A stretch of 62,947 nt of DNA, filler included, from Choristocarpus tenellus KU-1152 (lineage: Eukaryota > Protista > Phaeophyceae), in assembly GCA_964200185.2 (NCBI GenBank). It is 9 parts of 9 records of this genome, joined end to end, with 100 filler letters (N's around TTAATTAATTAA, not from the genome) between each part and the next. Parts side by side here need not be neighbours in the genome. Positions count along the whole stretch, not along the records: positions 1 to 13,035 come from CAXNAD020001606.1; positions 13,136 to 18,256 come from CAXNAD020011804.1; 7 more parts are not named here. The stretch is one strand, 5' to 3'. Under the pieces are notes generated by a model. It did not search any database, was not told the DNA's origin, and saw only the letters and a program-made list of their open reading frames with translations. The translations under genes and the position numbers were made by a program. This document shows, one piece after another, positions 1-13,207 of the stretch. Every line of letters starts with the position of its first letter. Positions within the stretch are counted from its first letter, which is position 1.

Positions 1-6
1 CCATAT

Positions 7-174
7 GACACATAGTATCTGGGCGGGGGGGGGGGGTCTACACCAGGGTGCCCATTTGGGCCATAACCAGGAAAAGTGTACTTTCATTATCCGTCTGACA
101 TATGAAATCAAATCATCCAAAAATAACGACATAAAAAAATTGGACCAAATGGACAGCCCCAGATACCTTGAGCC
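7..174 (+). mobile_element. MITE family B copy (G-rich, ~175 bp)
   Basis: Termini GACACATAGTATCT...AGATACCTTGAGCC; interior homologous to 32609-32785, 52753-52929 and 61534-61705; 3-bp TSD TAT. Confidence 0.85.
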
Positions 175-699
175 TATAAGTACACAGAATGCTGAAGCGG
201 GTGGTTTGAGTCAAACCTGGAAGTAGAAAGTGTTGCATTAAAATTATCTCAACAAAGAAAAAATGCTATTTTTTACAACTGTAGCAAGAGCCTTTGCTGG
301 TTTGTGGTGTCCCTTTGTGTATGGAAAAGAGGAATATCAAATTTGTATACACTAGTGTGTACATTTAGCAATGAGATTGAGTGTATTGCACAGGGTAAGG
401 AAGATGGCTCAGAATGCAAAAGGGTTCAAACTTGCCCACCTCTCAATTGGTTTGGCTCTTTCGGTTTACAAATATAGTATACAACATTAATGGAGGCAAA
501 AAATGCACTAATTTGCAAACTAAGCTTTTCCATCTGCCCACAACAAAGGGTTATCAAGAATGCTGGTAGAAAAATGGGATATCGTTCTCTACTGACATGT
601 ATTGATCAAGTGATAGGAGATGGTGAACATTAGTAACTGTGTTTGGTAATATCATGATTGGTAGTATTGTTCATATGATTGCTACGAGTGCTGTGTGGC

Positions 700-1380
700 T
701 TTGTTGGATGTGCCAACAAGCAAATGCTATAGATAAGTCCTGTTTAATCATAGGAAAATCAATCATGACTGTTGTTTCGAGGAGGATCATGAACGACAAC
801 ATTTGTTACAGCACGCTCCATAGCTTACCTCCACGGGATGCACAGCTCCAGTCCACAAGCATTTAGATGGCGCTGATGCACATGCAGGACCCCTGATGTA
901 AAGTCGTCAAGTATGCTAGATCTCTCGCTTGGGTTGTTCCCTTTGTAAGTATCAATATCAGCATATAAAAGGAACTGGCAACGATGTACGACTTGGGGGC
1001 ATGATAATGACAAAATAATAAGTAAATAGTCAAGAAGTACAAATATATAAAATCTAGGACACACAAGGTCATGGTGGCGTTTAATAAACCGGCATTAAGA
1101 TCTATCGCTTGTGCGGTTGTGTGTTTCTTGTGAATGTTTGTTGTTTGAAATAGTGTTTTTGTGGAGCATTGGTTCGATAGATGTGTCCTCATGGCGTGAG
1201 GATTGACTGAAATATGGTGATGAGAGGGGGAGGACGAAAGTAGAGAAGAGGAGTCAAACTGTCCTAGAGGGCGGTAGTTTTGGTCATTTTGTCGTTAAGC
1301 GATTTATAAGTGTGATTGCCTGGCACCTCATCTTCATCGCCCAAATTCAGGTGACCCTCATCATTATTCTGTGGAAATAG
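700..1380 (-). pseudogene. Degenerate SF2 (RecQ-like) helicase fragment
   Basis: Joining minus-strand frames gives DEGH (DExH-like, ~1360), then IDTYKGNNPSERSSILDDFTSG/CISA/NACGL..IP, then TNVVVHDPP. These resemble RecQ motifs II and IV-VI in order. Several frameshifts; recognised by eye only. Confidence 0.5.
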
Positions 1381-3208
1381 AAGAAAAGACCCTTTGGGTG
1401 GATGTCTTATCATTGGATTGAAGGATGTAGGGAGGTGAAGATGCAAAAAACCCAGCAGTAGTGTAGAGTGAACCACCGTTGGTGATACACCTTGGGGAAA
1501 AAAGATTGGTAAATCTCCGTGTGGTATGTGTACGTGAAATGCGCTTAGGACAAGAATTGTGAGCCATACACCGGGATAAATCTTGACCAGAATATGTTAG
1601 AGGTGTACGGTCAAGTTGTAATATTTGTTGCCTATGAATGTTTTATGAACTATACACACACCTCCAACAGTCGATATTCCTGCTCTTCTGTCTCCACATG
1701 CTTTTCTTCCTTGTCTTCTTCTTCATCTGACATTGTCCTCTCCAGCTTCGAGATACGTATTGCTGAACATACAGATCACTTGAACCCACGGAGCCACCCT
1801 CACTTCATGATGTAACTATTTCAAGAAGCGAATCAAGCATTTATTTTTTTCTTACAAAAGAAAATTGATTTAGTCTGCAACATATTATTCATAATGGTTC
1901 GGTTTTAACATGGTGACATGCAAATGTACTTGGAATATAGTGGCATCAGAAATTTAGTAGCAGCTAAACATCATGATCTAAGGTTGATTTCATAGGTTCG
2001 AGCTATCTACCGTACGTACGTACCACAATGCATGTCCATTAACAGAAAATGCTGGAGAGGATAAATGTCAGAATAACAAGAAGACCGTTAAGGAGAAAGA
2101 GTGGAGTCAGAAGAGCATTAAAAAACACCAAAAGTTGATGAGGGAGAGGGTCAATGACACCAGATCACACGAGTCTAATCACTATATACTACTGTGAAGA
2201 AACATCTATTAACATGAAACACGAAAAAATCATAATGGAAGAGGAATAAACTCACACAACCCAAAGAAACCATCACGAAAGAGGAACACTATATACTCTG
2301 GAGTACTTGACGTCATAAAACAGATCACCAAATTAAAAGTATAGGGATAAGCGTGTAACACCACAAAAAAAGTTATCATACAGGAAAGTATTAAATCCAT
2401 CCAGAAAGCACCACCCATCACCTCAAAGTTGTTCAGCTGAAAGTATCATTATACATAAAAGAATGGACAATGGTACACCACACGCACAAAAAAAAAGAGT
2501 AGAACACATACATCCTGCCCTGCCTCATCAGCTTATTTAACTTCTCCAGAACCAACTTTTCACAGGTTCTCCCTAATGTTGTTGTAGTTTTGTCTGTAAC
2601 ATGTTGGACATTCTGTTTCTCCTCGTCCTTCCATTCTGAACCTCTCCCAGGTTCCTCAAGGTAGTCGGGTTGGTATCTCAACAAAATGCTCTTATAACCA
2701 CCAGTACAGCACCCTGCCCTCTGGTATTATTCTGGAGACATGTCGTGGATGTCGTTGAGGACATTACGGCGAAGGTGTAGGAATGAGAATCGCCTGAAGA
2801 GGGATGACACAGGGAGTTGGTTGCATGAATAACCGATCGAAAGTATACCCATCAATTGTCAGTTTTGACTAGCCGCAATTTAATCGAGTTCCTACGATTC
2901 ACAACATGGTTTGTACGATCCGTCCTGGCTGTCACATGAATTTTGGGAATTCAAATCCAGATTTTTCCATCTTAAAAAATCGATGTTGTGGGAGTTTATA
3001 TATGTGAAATTCGCATTTTGATGGAGTTAAACGAGGTTCAAGATGGACATACATATAGACGTTTGTTGTAACTTCGGTATAATAGTGAAGGTTTACGTGA
3101 TGTAGAAAATGGCTCTCTATCTTGAACAACATCAAAGAAAGTCGCGAAGTGTCTGGACTATATATCATAAGGCACCATTATGAAACATGTGCATTATTTG
3201 CATATATC

Positions 3209-3790
3209 TCATGTTGTCCAAGTGCACCAGTTGATTATTGGCACTCCCTCAACTCTGGTGGCTGTGAGCACTCTGAATTCCTCCAATACAAACATTATCT
3301 TTTCATTTGCATCGAATTGTCCCCTATTATAGCTTGAGTTCTTCGTCTTGTTCCACTCTATATCCTCTTTCTGATGAGTAGTGAAAGGAAGGAACCACAA
3401 CAAGTCATAATGGGACGCGTCTGTTCTCACAATGGAAAGAGTGTTCCCCTTTTCTCTCCTTCCTCAACACCTACCTCTGAAGTAACTTGCCATCTACCTG
3501 GGCTGGCGTGTGATTCAGTTTCTAGAGCATACGTAACATTGACAACGGATAGTTGCAGGTCCATCTTTGTACTCATACGTGGTTTGGTGGTAGAGGTCAC
3601 ATTCGTGTGGACCGAGTGGATGTGAGATAGTACCAGAAGTCGCGATCTGCCAAGCTGAAACCTAACTCCAGTGAGGTTTATATGCAACATCTCTCCCTTG
3701 CTTACACCAACCTCGTACATTAGATAAAGAAAAGGAGGCAAAATGGTGGGAGTGACAAGAGTTGATCCAGCCTGTAAACTGACCATTCAC
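3209..3790 (-). pseudogene. Degenerate paralog of the C-terminal domain of the Sola2-like transposase at 29347-30169
   Basis: FLPFTTHQKEDIEWNKTKNSSYNRGQFDANEKIMFVLEEFRVLTATRVEGVPII aligns without difficulty to FLPFTVHRKDTIQWNARHNSSYGGMFTAGDEIVSVTEDFQVLSASFVDGVPII (29990-30150). Stops and frameshifts upstream. Confidence 0.6.
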
Positions 3791-4549
3791 ATTTGCCTAC
3801 GTTGATGAAAAGCCCTAGTTTTTTAAACAGGGATCACTAGAGAATCGTGCGTGCAGAAAACTCGCGCGAAAAATGCAAACGGCGCTCATGCCTACCCAAA
3901 ATAGTGGTCGTTGTGAGCTTTGTAACCTCTATTTCTCTTTGCAACAACAGTCACCAGAACGACAGGACATTATTTTGGGTTCCCATATACTTGCATGTTA
4001 AGAAAGAGCACGCAAAAAGTAACACATGCCCTTCTCCACATTAAAGGTCCAATTGAGTGGCTTTGCTTCGCTTTGCAATAGCAGTGCTGCACGGCGAGCA
4101 TATAATAATCTGGTCAAAGGGAGAGGCCACATGGCTCTCTGCGAGCAAAACACTACATCATATGTGCCCTGTTGTTAGACACATTAGATACCAATTCTGA
4201 ATGTACTGGGTCAGTCAAAAACCTCTTCATGGTCAGTTCATGTTCGGTCATTTGACCGTAATACCATTTTGCCACTTCAAGACAAAACCCCCCGTTTCTT
4301 CTGCATACACCTCTTCACCAGCTGTCTTTCAAAATTCTTTGACTTCTCTCAAATGATTAAATAGCTACAGTAACGTTTGGACCACTATTTTAAGGATTTC
4401 AGAGTCAACCTAAATATACCCCACCCATGAACTATATAGTACTTCTTCAATTTACATTTCTCATAGTGTATACCAACATAACTTCCGTCGCAATACAGAT
4501 GCTCTATACAACATACTAGCACCCATTCAACGCCTCTCTTGCTAACCCC

Positions 4550-7500
4550 CTACCACGATGGAAGTGAGGACCTTGTCTGGCGCTGTCTCCTATTTCTATC
4601 CCTTTCACCTCCATCTACACTTCTATTCCCCCCCTCCATGCCACCATCATCCAGGAGGGAATCCCTGCTCCAGTCCAACTCCCCATCGGAGAGGGACACT
4701 CTGTTGCCCCTTCCCGATGTCTTAAAGCACTGAGCCAGTTCCATATCCTCTTCTGCCCGCAAACGTACATACAGAACCTGCTGCTCTAGACCCTTGGCAT
4801 ATACTGTGACAAGAAGTCCTGTCACGACTGTCTGTATGTTGCCAGTTGATGAAAAAAGCAAGAGAAGATGGTGTGGGTTGGGTCGGGGAAAGGCATATGG
4901 GAAGTTAGGGGATGGAGGGGTGACGTATTCCATTTCAGTCCTACACTGTACTCCATCTATATCTCGTCTTACCAATCACCCTACCACCAGAGCAATGATC
5001 TGCTTCCTAGACAGCTATATGCTACACATACGGTACGTAAATGCAACAAAGAGCTGTGTGCCCAATTGCGGGTACCAACTTTACCCAAGCTAAGTGCATT
5101 TCCACAGGTCAAGCGTTTACAAAGCCTCAGCATATGCCCTTACGACTTATCATGTCAAAACTAAGAGTAAGAGTAATAACCAACAAAAAATAGTGCTTTC
5201 AAGCAAGGTTGAGAAGGAATGGGGAGTGCATGAAAAACAGAAATTCACCAATATGGTTGGCATATATGTAGCATTAATCCAATCAGATGCATTCACCCTT
5301 CAGCACCCCCTAATCTCTCAATCTTGTTATCATTCTGACCAGCAAAAAAGCATCAGAAAAACGAAAAAAAATTGTACTCAACCCCCCCACCTACCTAGGC
5401 TTGACACCACACTTGATAACTCAATCATCACAGTTCCAAAACGTGACCTCCTCCTACCAAGCAAAGTATGTAACTCTTCGTGTAACACACTCCAATCTCA
5501 TACTCTTCAAAATAATTATTTTTTAACGTCTGAAAGTGAATCTCTGCTATGGGAGTAGGGTATGCCGCAGTTCTCATGCCCTTCATGGGCGCTAACACAA
5601 ATCCCTTCTACTTACCACACCTCCCACCACTTCTCCAAGCTGCAGAGTTGTGCCTAGAAATATCATTGTCAAAATTGTGGTGCTTGCTGGTTGCAGTGTG
5701 CTGTGTTGAAGGGGGTGCAAAGTGAAACCATCACAGAGAAAAAAGGTGAACCAATAATGGCGTGTCATTACGCATATGTTGACTGAAGGGTGACCAATGA
5801 AAAGGGAGGGTGAGAATTTCAATCAAAAACAATGAGACCATGATTACACGTTGCTGACTTCAACAAAAAAAACACATACATATTCTTCCCCAGTGCCATA
5901 TCTTCTCACATATCATTGCCATTGCTTGAAGACTTTTGCTATGTTTCATGTTCCTTGCCAGATCTCCAAGTCCAAATCTCATTGGACAAAAAGGTCACGG
6001 TTTCGGTCTGAATTCTCCCTAAATCACTTGCCCAATTGAGTGTACAAGTACCCTGGACATGCACCTTGTTCAGCTTCCCGTGCCCCCCCTTCAACCTACA
6101 AAGATACTGTCAACAAATATCGGCAACACAAAAGTAACAAAAACACCCCCAAAAACAAATACTAAGCTTTTCCGTAACTAGCTATAAATCAAAGGGTTGT
6201 GGATAGCGCATCAAGACAAGGGCATAAATTGAAAAATAATATAAAGGCAACACACTGTACAGGGTGGGGTGCCGTCATAGACACACACAGATAGAGTGAA
6301 CAGTTAGGCTACATGTGCAAACCAGGGGTGAACAAAACACACATACATGCACAACAGAGGGGACACGGGTACTGTGTTTCAGCGGATTTTCAGCAGAAGA
6401 TGCCCTGAAATGCCTCTCTTTCTTGTCTAAGACAACATTGTTAGGTGTGCACAAACAAGACTGTTTCTACCTCCACTTCCATGGAAGAACGCGTGTGGCC
6501 AACTTCTTGCACGCTATTGAGTGTTTATTCTTTGCAGTCATTGCAGGAACAACTGGTCGCTAGGTGCCAAAAATAACAAGCAAGCATATCCTTCATGCAC
6601 AAGAAGAAAAACATGTGATGGCTGGAGCATTGTACACAAGGCCTCCTTCATCTTGGTGATTTCACTACTAGGAATCATCCTTCCAACCTACTCATGACCT
6701 GTCCATCTCCTACAGAAGCACACAAATTCTTGCCCATCCAGAATGGATGTGGTACTCGCCCACCCAGGATGAAAGGATCTTCTCATACATTTCATCCTTC
6801 CCCCTTAAAGGTCTACAAACAAAGCCTGTACATCTGGACAACAACGTAGTCTTGAAAATCTCATCTTATATGGAGACCAATACTCTACAATACAACCACA
6901 TGTGCTGGGTCATTCTAAAGCTTGTATGACTGAGTGCAGCACTTCACAGGAAAGCAGAACACATGAGCAAAGGATAGCGTATTGAGCTATCCCACAGCCA
7001 GACAACAACCACAAACAGGTGCATGTGCTACCAAAATGGTCCCAATGCCCAACATACAGAACAATTTACGCACGCCGTTGAAAGTAGCACACCTCAGCAC
7101 AATCAAAATTGTTGCACCACATCATTATCTGCTCCTGTTTGTTGTTTTCCTACCAATGTAAAATTAATGATGTGGCATGCTTCAAAGCATGCAGTTTAAG
7201 GAAAGGTTGTTGGGTGAGTAAGTACCAAGTGTCGGCGCAAACTTTTTTCTAATCAAAAATATGTCATTTTGACCCACTCATTAAAGCAACGACAATTAAA
7301 TAACCGGTTGCACCAATAAGACTCACGCATAGACCACTGCTGTCATAGGTGACACAATGTTGATGGCCCAAGAATATGCATTGTATGTGTACACTGTTGC
7401 AAGCAGAACCATATACACAAGCGCTATCCATGGCTTTGCAGCACAATCCACATAGATGTAGAGAGTAGAGCATTCAGGGGATAGCGTACCGAGAAAAGGG

Positions 7501-8167
7501 AGATTGTGCAAAAATTAGTGAAGGGTAGGGTTGAGGTTGAAGGTGGGATGTCAGAGTAGGGAGAGGGCAGGGATCGTATCGAGTCAGGATCACGGGAGTA
7601 GGTGTAGAAAGGGTATACATCCGGTGGATGAGAGGAGGGGGAGAGTATTGATACTTTCAAATACAGCGAGGTCTCTGCTTGGAAATGTTGAGTGGGAATT
7701 GTTGATGATAGTAGTACACGCCACTTCAGACACTCAAGGCAATTGCAAGTTTCAACATATTACCAAAAGGGGGAAACATGCAACAGGACACAGAGGACAC
7801 ACACATTTGTCTCTTGTGTGTGCAAATTCATTCACCTCTCGCATGAACACACTCATGGCAGAACTCCAACAAACTCACCCCCCAACAAAGCCCAGGAGAA
7901 TAGATATCTTCCATACTGTAGTCAACCCCCCCTCCCCCCCACCCATCCCCATGTCCAATCTCACCTCTATTTTACCAGTGAGAAGGAAATCAACAGGTCT
8001 CACACCTGAGAAGGCGCATAGCAAAAGCGTGAAAGATGACCCCACCGCATAGTACCAAGCAGTGACCGTGGCCGGGGGGTAGATGGCCAGCATAGGTTTC
8101 TGGGACACTATTAGGGCTGCTATGGAGAAGCACTTCCACAAATATAGACGTGCATCCATGATTTTGT

Positions 8168-8200
<33 letters not shown>

Positions 8201-11200
8201 GAAAGAGATGAACAAGCGGTACCCAAACATTGTCCAGCCAGTTATGCAGTCACCATTACCCACAGGACGGGGGGGTCAGAGGAAGTGGGAAACAAGGGTT
8301 GAGATGAGGTGGAGTGGAAAAGGGTGTGGGATGGGAGGGGAAGGGGCTCTACGAGCAGTTACTCCAGTAGCAGATGTTCACCAAGAACAACTATGACCAG
8401 TAACGGTGAAAATATTAGCACTATTGTGAAGGGATGACTGTTTATTTACTGGTATTGACATTCAAAGGACTCCCCAAGGTCTACTGGGGGGAGAAGGTGG
8501 GACCTGAAGCTTTCTTTTCTCTACTCCAGTTAGGTAGTGGCACAGCTAACTGAAGTAGAGCTTGGTGCTTCCTTTTTGCAGGCAGGAACAAGGAAGTTAT
8601 CATTACTGGACTTGTCTCTAAGAAAAATATACGAAAACACCATGAAAATCGCAGTTAATTAATGTGTTCCAACATATGTGACTTGCACTGTCATATATAC
8701 AATAAAATCAAGGCACCAGAATGCCGCACAACACTTCACTCACACGTGAAAGAAGCAAGGTCTTCGCTCAAATCCAACCATGCTTCACTGACTTGAAAAA
8801 TTGGGCACCACCACCATACCCAACCCACTTTTGCCTGGCTTCACTCCATATATACTTTTATTTTCCTGAGAAATTGGAGATTGCTGCTGAAACGATACTG
8901 TCGGGTTGGTTGATCGGTACGATAAGCTTAGTATACCGCTGATGGTACAAGCTAATCCAACAAACCTTTCTTAGTTTCTTCCACATTGATATTGTGGACT
9001 AAACTATTTACATCCCTGAAAAAATATTAATCTGAGTACACGATCATTTCTGCGGACTGTACCTCGGAGGTGTAAACACTTTGAGGGTACATGTATTGCA
9101 CGGTACTCAAGTACTTGTAACCTGGTTGGTGAAGCTGACTACATCATGATCACAAAGAGGCCGGGAGGCTGTAGGGCCCATACTTACTAGGGAAAAGTAC
9201 ATCTTTGGAGTACTTGACTGCTCATTCCTTACAGCACCTCACTCATGAGTTTCAATTTTGTGGTGCCACCTAAAAAAATTGGCACTGTGAACTTGTCATC
9301 CAGCTTTTCCATCAAACAGGGCGGGAAACATTGCATGTGGGATTCTATGGGAGATCCCAAATATACCTTAGGCGGCTAAGGATTTTCAGTCGTTCAGATC
9401 TGCCGAAATTTACAGAGCCAGCATTCTCCCTATCAGTTACCCTTTGCCTGAACACCCATGATTGCACAGGTTAATGGGCCTCCTATGCTTGACCTATCTG
9501 TGCAGTATTACTAATCTGCATGCTGAAAAGGGCTTGAGAGTAGCATCTGGGTCCAGTAAACGTACCAACAAGTATACGCCCAACCTAGGGGATACACATC
9601 ACCTCTTCGAAATCACTCCAGATTGAAAATAAACACTATGCTACTACGGGTTACCTTTCGTAGAGCATGATTCCTGGCCCCCAACTCCCAATCTTCCCAA
9701 TCTCCTCCCAATAGCTTAGGGTTAGGGTTAGTTCACCTGCCACGATAAGAAGATGCAACCAATCCATCGACTGCTACCCCTGCCCCCCTCCCCCGTACTC
9801 TCCTCATCTCCACTCTCCATGTTGCTATACTCCAAGCCCACTGCCCCAGTCACCGAGATAATCACCCCCAGGCACTTTAGACTAGACATGCCCTCCACAC
9901 CTGTCATGTAGCTCATTGCCTGGTTCATGTTCATGAAGGTGAGGGGGGGAAGATGCTGGTGGAAGCATCAAAAGGTGGCAGTCACTACCAATAGATGAGG
10001 TCCAGAGGGGTGATTCAGAAAAGAAGTGAACACCACCTGAGGATTTCAACACATATATGCCAATACTAGCTCAGAAAAAGTGCGGTAGTAGGGTAGTACT
10101 ATCTAGAAGTATGCCAGATCCTACCTGGGGTTGTTTTCAACAAGTTCCTACTCGTATATCCCATCTGTTTGTGCCCATTACAAGGTACCTTATTATGGCC
10201 AATTACCGGAATTCTTACACACACAGTGATACCCTACTCCGAAGTGAAGGCTTACAAACTTTCCAGATCTTTCTTAACCCCTCTTGAACACATTGGGTAT
10301 ACTACTTTGAGTGTCGACAAGTTAAAGCTACTGTAGCAGACACCTTAACCCCCAAGCACTCCAATACAGCAATCAAGGTATTCTCTCTCTATATATATGC
10401 ATCATACTATTATGGAAGACAACACAAACCAACACTCATAGTACGCATTGTCCACACACACCTCACTAGCAATTCAACCATCCATCCATCGGCATTGCAT
10501 TATCATCTTCATCTACCCTACCATAAAATCCTCAAAAAAAGCTTACCATGGCTATGACTGGGACTGAGGGCTGCATCATCCCAAAAGCCTCTGCACTCAA
10601 GTATCTGTTTGTTATGCATTATGGCCAGATGTGAAGGTTGAAGACAAACTGTTGGTGTTTTGTGAATGGCGAGGAATGATAATGTGGTCAGACAAGTTCA
10701 TATGAACTACAGGTGAGTGAAAGATATCATCGCATCCACTGTGCTTGTGTCTACTGGGGAGAGACCTGCAACACAGAAACAGTATAATCATAAAGTGGCA
10801 TAACACTTCCAATACATCTCTGTTTCCATGAACTCACTGCAAGGTCAAGATGCAGCCCACCACATTGCCGAAGCTGGCCAGACCCATAAAGATGAAGTTA
10901 CCAATGTGAGCCCTGTCCAATACCACTCTCCCATCCATTCTGAAAAAGGTAGGATGAATTGGAAATGTAGGTACGCATGGTACTTCATGAACACAGTTTA
11001 GTTGTGGTTGAAGGCAAAGGAGGGGAAATTTCTTTCTGAAGCTTCAATTCATTGACTGCCTGATAGTGGTAATGAAGAGGTAACAGCTAGTTGTGATGGG
11101 CTACCTGGATGGTACACACAAAGGGAAAGTGGTCATTCAGGTTCCCTTCCTACTAATGATTTCATGAATATCGATGGGGTGATTACTAGTGAGCAGGTAC

Positions 11201-12150
11201 ACACGCTACAATAGTCACAACGCTGTTATGACTATGTGATAACTCCACAGTTGGTGCTACAGACAGTGCAACAGTACTTGTATGGCATTTGCCTTAGGTA
11301 AAAAAATCCATTCCTTAACAGACACAGTAACGTTCTCAAAAGTATGCTGAAGTACCTAAGTCTGCATTGCGACCGCCCTCCTCTTTCTTTGGTCCCCCCA
11401 TCTCGAAGGAGCAATACATTTCACGGAGAGGTGTTGACGATTCATGGTTGCAACGCAGACTTTGGTGAGCAAATGTGAGAGCGATACTTCTAACTTCACT
11501 GTACTATGGTGTGTAGCTGATGTATTAATAGCAGGAAAGGCAGATTTGTCAAATACAGTGATTTGCCCAAGCTCGACTTCGGGAACTCCTAGATCATAAG
11601 TCCCAATTCCCTGCGTGGATAAAGTCCATGGCCGGGAATAGGGAATGTTTCTTTCTCTCAACCTTCGTGCGATGACGAACATGATCATGGTCGCTGCTCC
11701 CTCCCTCGACATAGCTAACGCAATAGGGTTGACCCCGCCATTGAGCGCAACTTGGGCCAGCACATGCCAACCCGAGAAGACAACCTTTCCGACGTGGGGG
11801 TAGAAACTTGAGATTCTGAATAGTAAGTAGTGAGGTGGGGATGAATTCCACGCTTTAGCTGTTGTAGAATAAGATGACAAAGAGTCAGGTGCATTGAGGT
11901 GCTGCTGGCCAAACACTTAGTTTTTCGTCTGGACTTTACTATTCAGGTAAGATATCGATGCCAAGGCACAACGTTTCCCACCACACCAGAATTTACAAGA
12001 ACAGGCGACAAGAATAGAGGGTTCAATATATGAAGGACATAGATATTAGGGAGATACCTGAATTGAAACCAGAACAGCGTGTACCAAGAAGTTGGAAGTA
12101 TTTAAATGCTTGCCCTTGTTGTTGGCCGCCCCAACATCCTGCCCGTTCAT
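4550..12150 (-). CDS. EamA/DMT-superfamily transporter (WAT1/nodulin MtN21-like), complete, 9 exons, 399 aa
   Basis: Exons 12150-12058, 11784-11663, 10939-10838, 10604-10547, 9919-9737, 8132-7965, 7433-7327, 5700-5616, 4831-4550. All introns are GT-AG with matching phases; 1200 nt total. Protein MNGQDV...SIQVVFSGWHVLAQVALNGGVNP...LQYLSAEAFGMMQPSVPV...QKPMLAIYPPATVTAWYY...ATLQPAST...; about ten hydrophobic segments in two EamA-like repeats. Confidence 0.9.
8170..8198. repeat. (CA)n microsatellite
   Basis: Seen directly. Confidence 0.95.
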
Positions 12151-12393
12151 CCTTCAGCTGGACAGGAAGGTAATAGGATGTGGTATGGCGAGAGTGGAAA
12201 CCTTGATGACCACAACGAGAATATCGGAGGGTTTGTAAATTATATATGATAAGCATGAGAAAGTTGTAGATGTTGACAAGTTTCATGATGATATGATCAA
12301 ACCAAGATATTTACTTGCTTTTTGGTATTTGGATTGAAAGTTTGAGAGAGAGAGTCTGTCGGAACAATTCTGTAAAATATTGACTAAATCCTA

Positions 12394-12925
12394 TCCCTCA
12401 CAGGAATTTTCAATCGAAATTTTTGCTGCCAAACACTGTCGAAACACAAACGCAATAGAACGACTATCCATCATACAGTAGGTGCCCCTATTTTGGGCCA
12501 AATATTATGAACCAAATCAAAAATATTCAATTTTGTATTGCTTTTTTCAACATGATAAACAAAATAGTTTTTTTTACCGAAATTCTCGTGTTCGAACGAT
12601 TTGGCACAAACTCCCAGAGATATTGACGCGAGTTTGGCGCGCGCGTAAAACATTCTCGATCCCTCAGAGGAATTTTCAATCGAATTTTTTTTCTGCCAAC
12701 CATTGTCGAAACACAAACGCAATAGAACGACTATCCATCATACAGTAGGTGCCCCTATTTTGGGCCAAATACTATGAACCAAATCGAAAATATTCAATTT
12801 TGTACCGATTGTTTCAACATGCTAAAAAAAAAAGTGTTTGTACCGAAATTCTCGTATTCGAACGATTTGGAACAAACTCCCAGAGATATTTACGCGAGAG
12901 TGGCGGCGCGCGCGAAAAAATTCTA
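12394..12925. repeat. Two tandem ~265-bp direct repeats upstream of the EamA start codon
   Basis: Unit starts ATCCCTCA(C/G)AGGAATTTTCAATCGAA at 12394 and 12659; near-identical throughout. Confidence 0.9.
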
Positions 12926-13035
12926 GCGAAAAGTGCCTTTCTTCCATAATCATGACCACACAGCAGTACAGTACGTTGCTGGTAGGGGAATAAAGTGGAA
13001 GCCATGCCTTGTGCCGTGGGAAACCTCTGCAAGAT

Positions 13036-13135
13036 NNNNNNNNNNNNNNNNNNNNNNNNNNNNNNNNNNNNNNNNNNNNTTAATTAATTAANNNNNNNNN
13101 NNNNNNNNNNNNNNNNNNNNNNNNNNNNNNNNNNN
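13036..13135. other. Assembly spacer N44-TTAATTAATTAA-N44 (also 18257-18356, 27802-27901, 31209-31308, 35569-35668, 38342-38441, 41672-41771, 59458-59557)
   Basis: Identical 100-nt all-frame-stop linker eight times; an artefact, not biology. Confidence 0.98.
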
Positions 13136-13207
13136 ACCCAAAAATCGCGACATAAAAAAATTGACCCCAAATGGACAGCCGCCACCCCCTCCCAGATACT
13201 TTGAGCC
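13136..13207 (+). mobile_element. MITE family B, right part (cut by gap)
   Basis: CCAAATGGAC-17 bp-AGATACTTTGAGCC end. Confidence 0.8.

Noticed and set aside
6400-6720. HH.FF...SCSCNDC pattern in an EamA intron as another Sola-like remnant
   Set aside because: Too many stops and frameshifts to support by eye.
13036-13135. TTAATTAATTAA motif repeated eight times between N runs
   Set aside because: Artificial contig linker; ORFs ending in 'XXXLIN' are artefacts of it.
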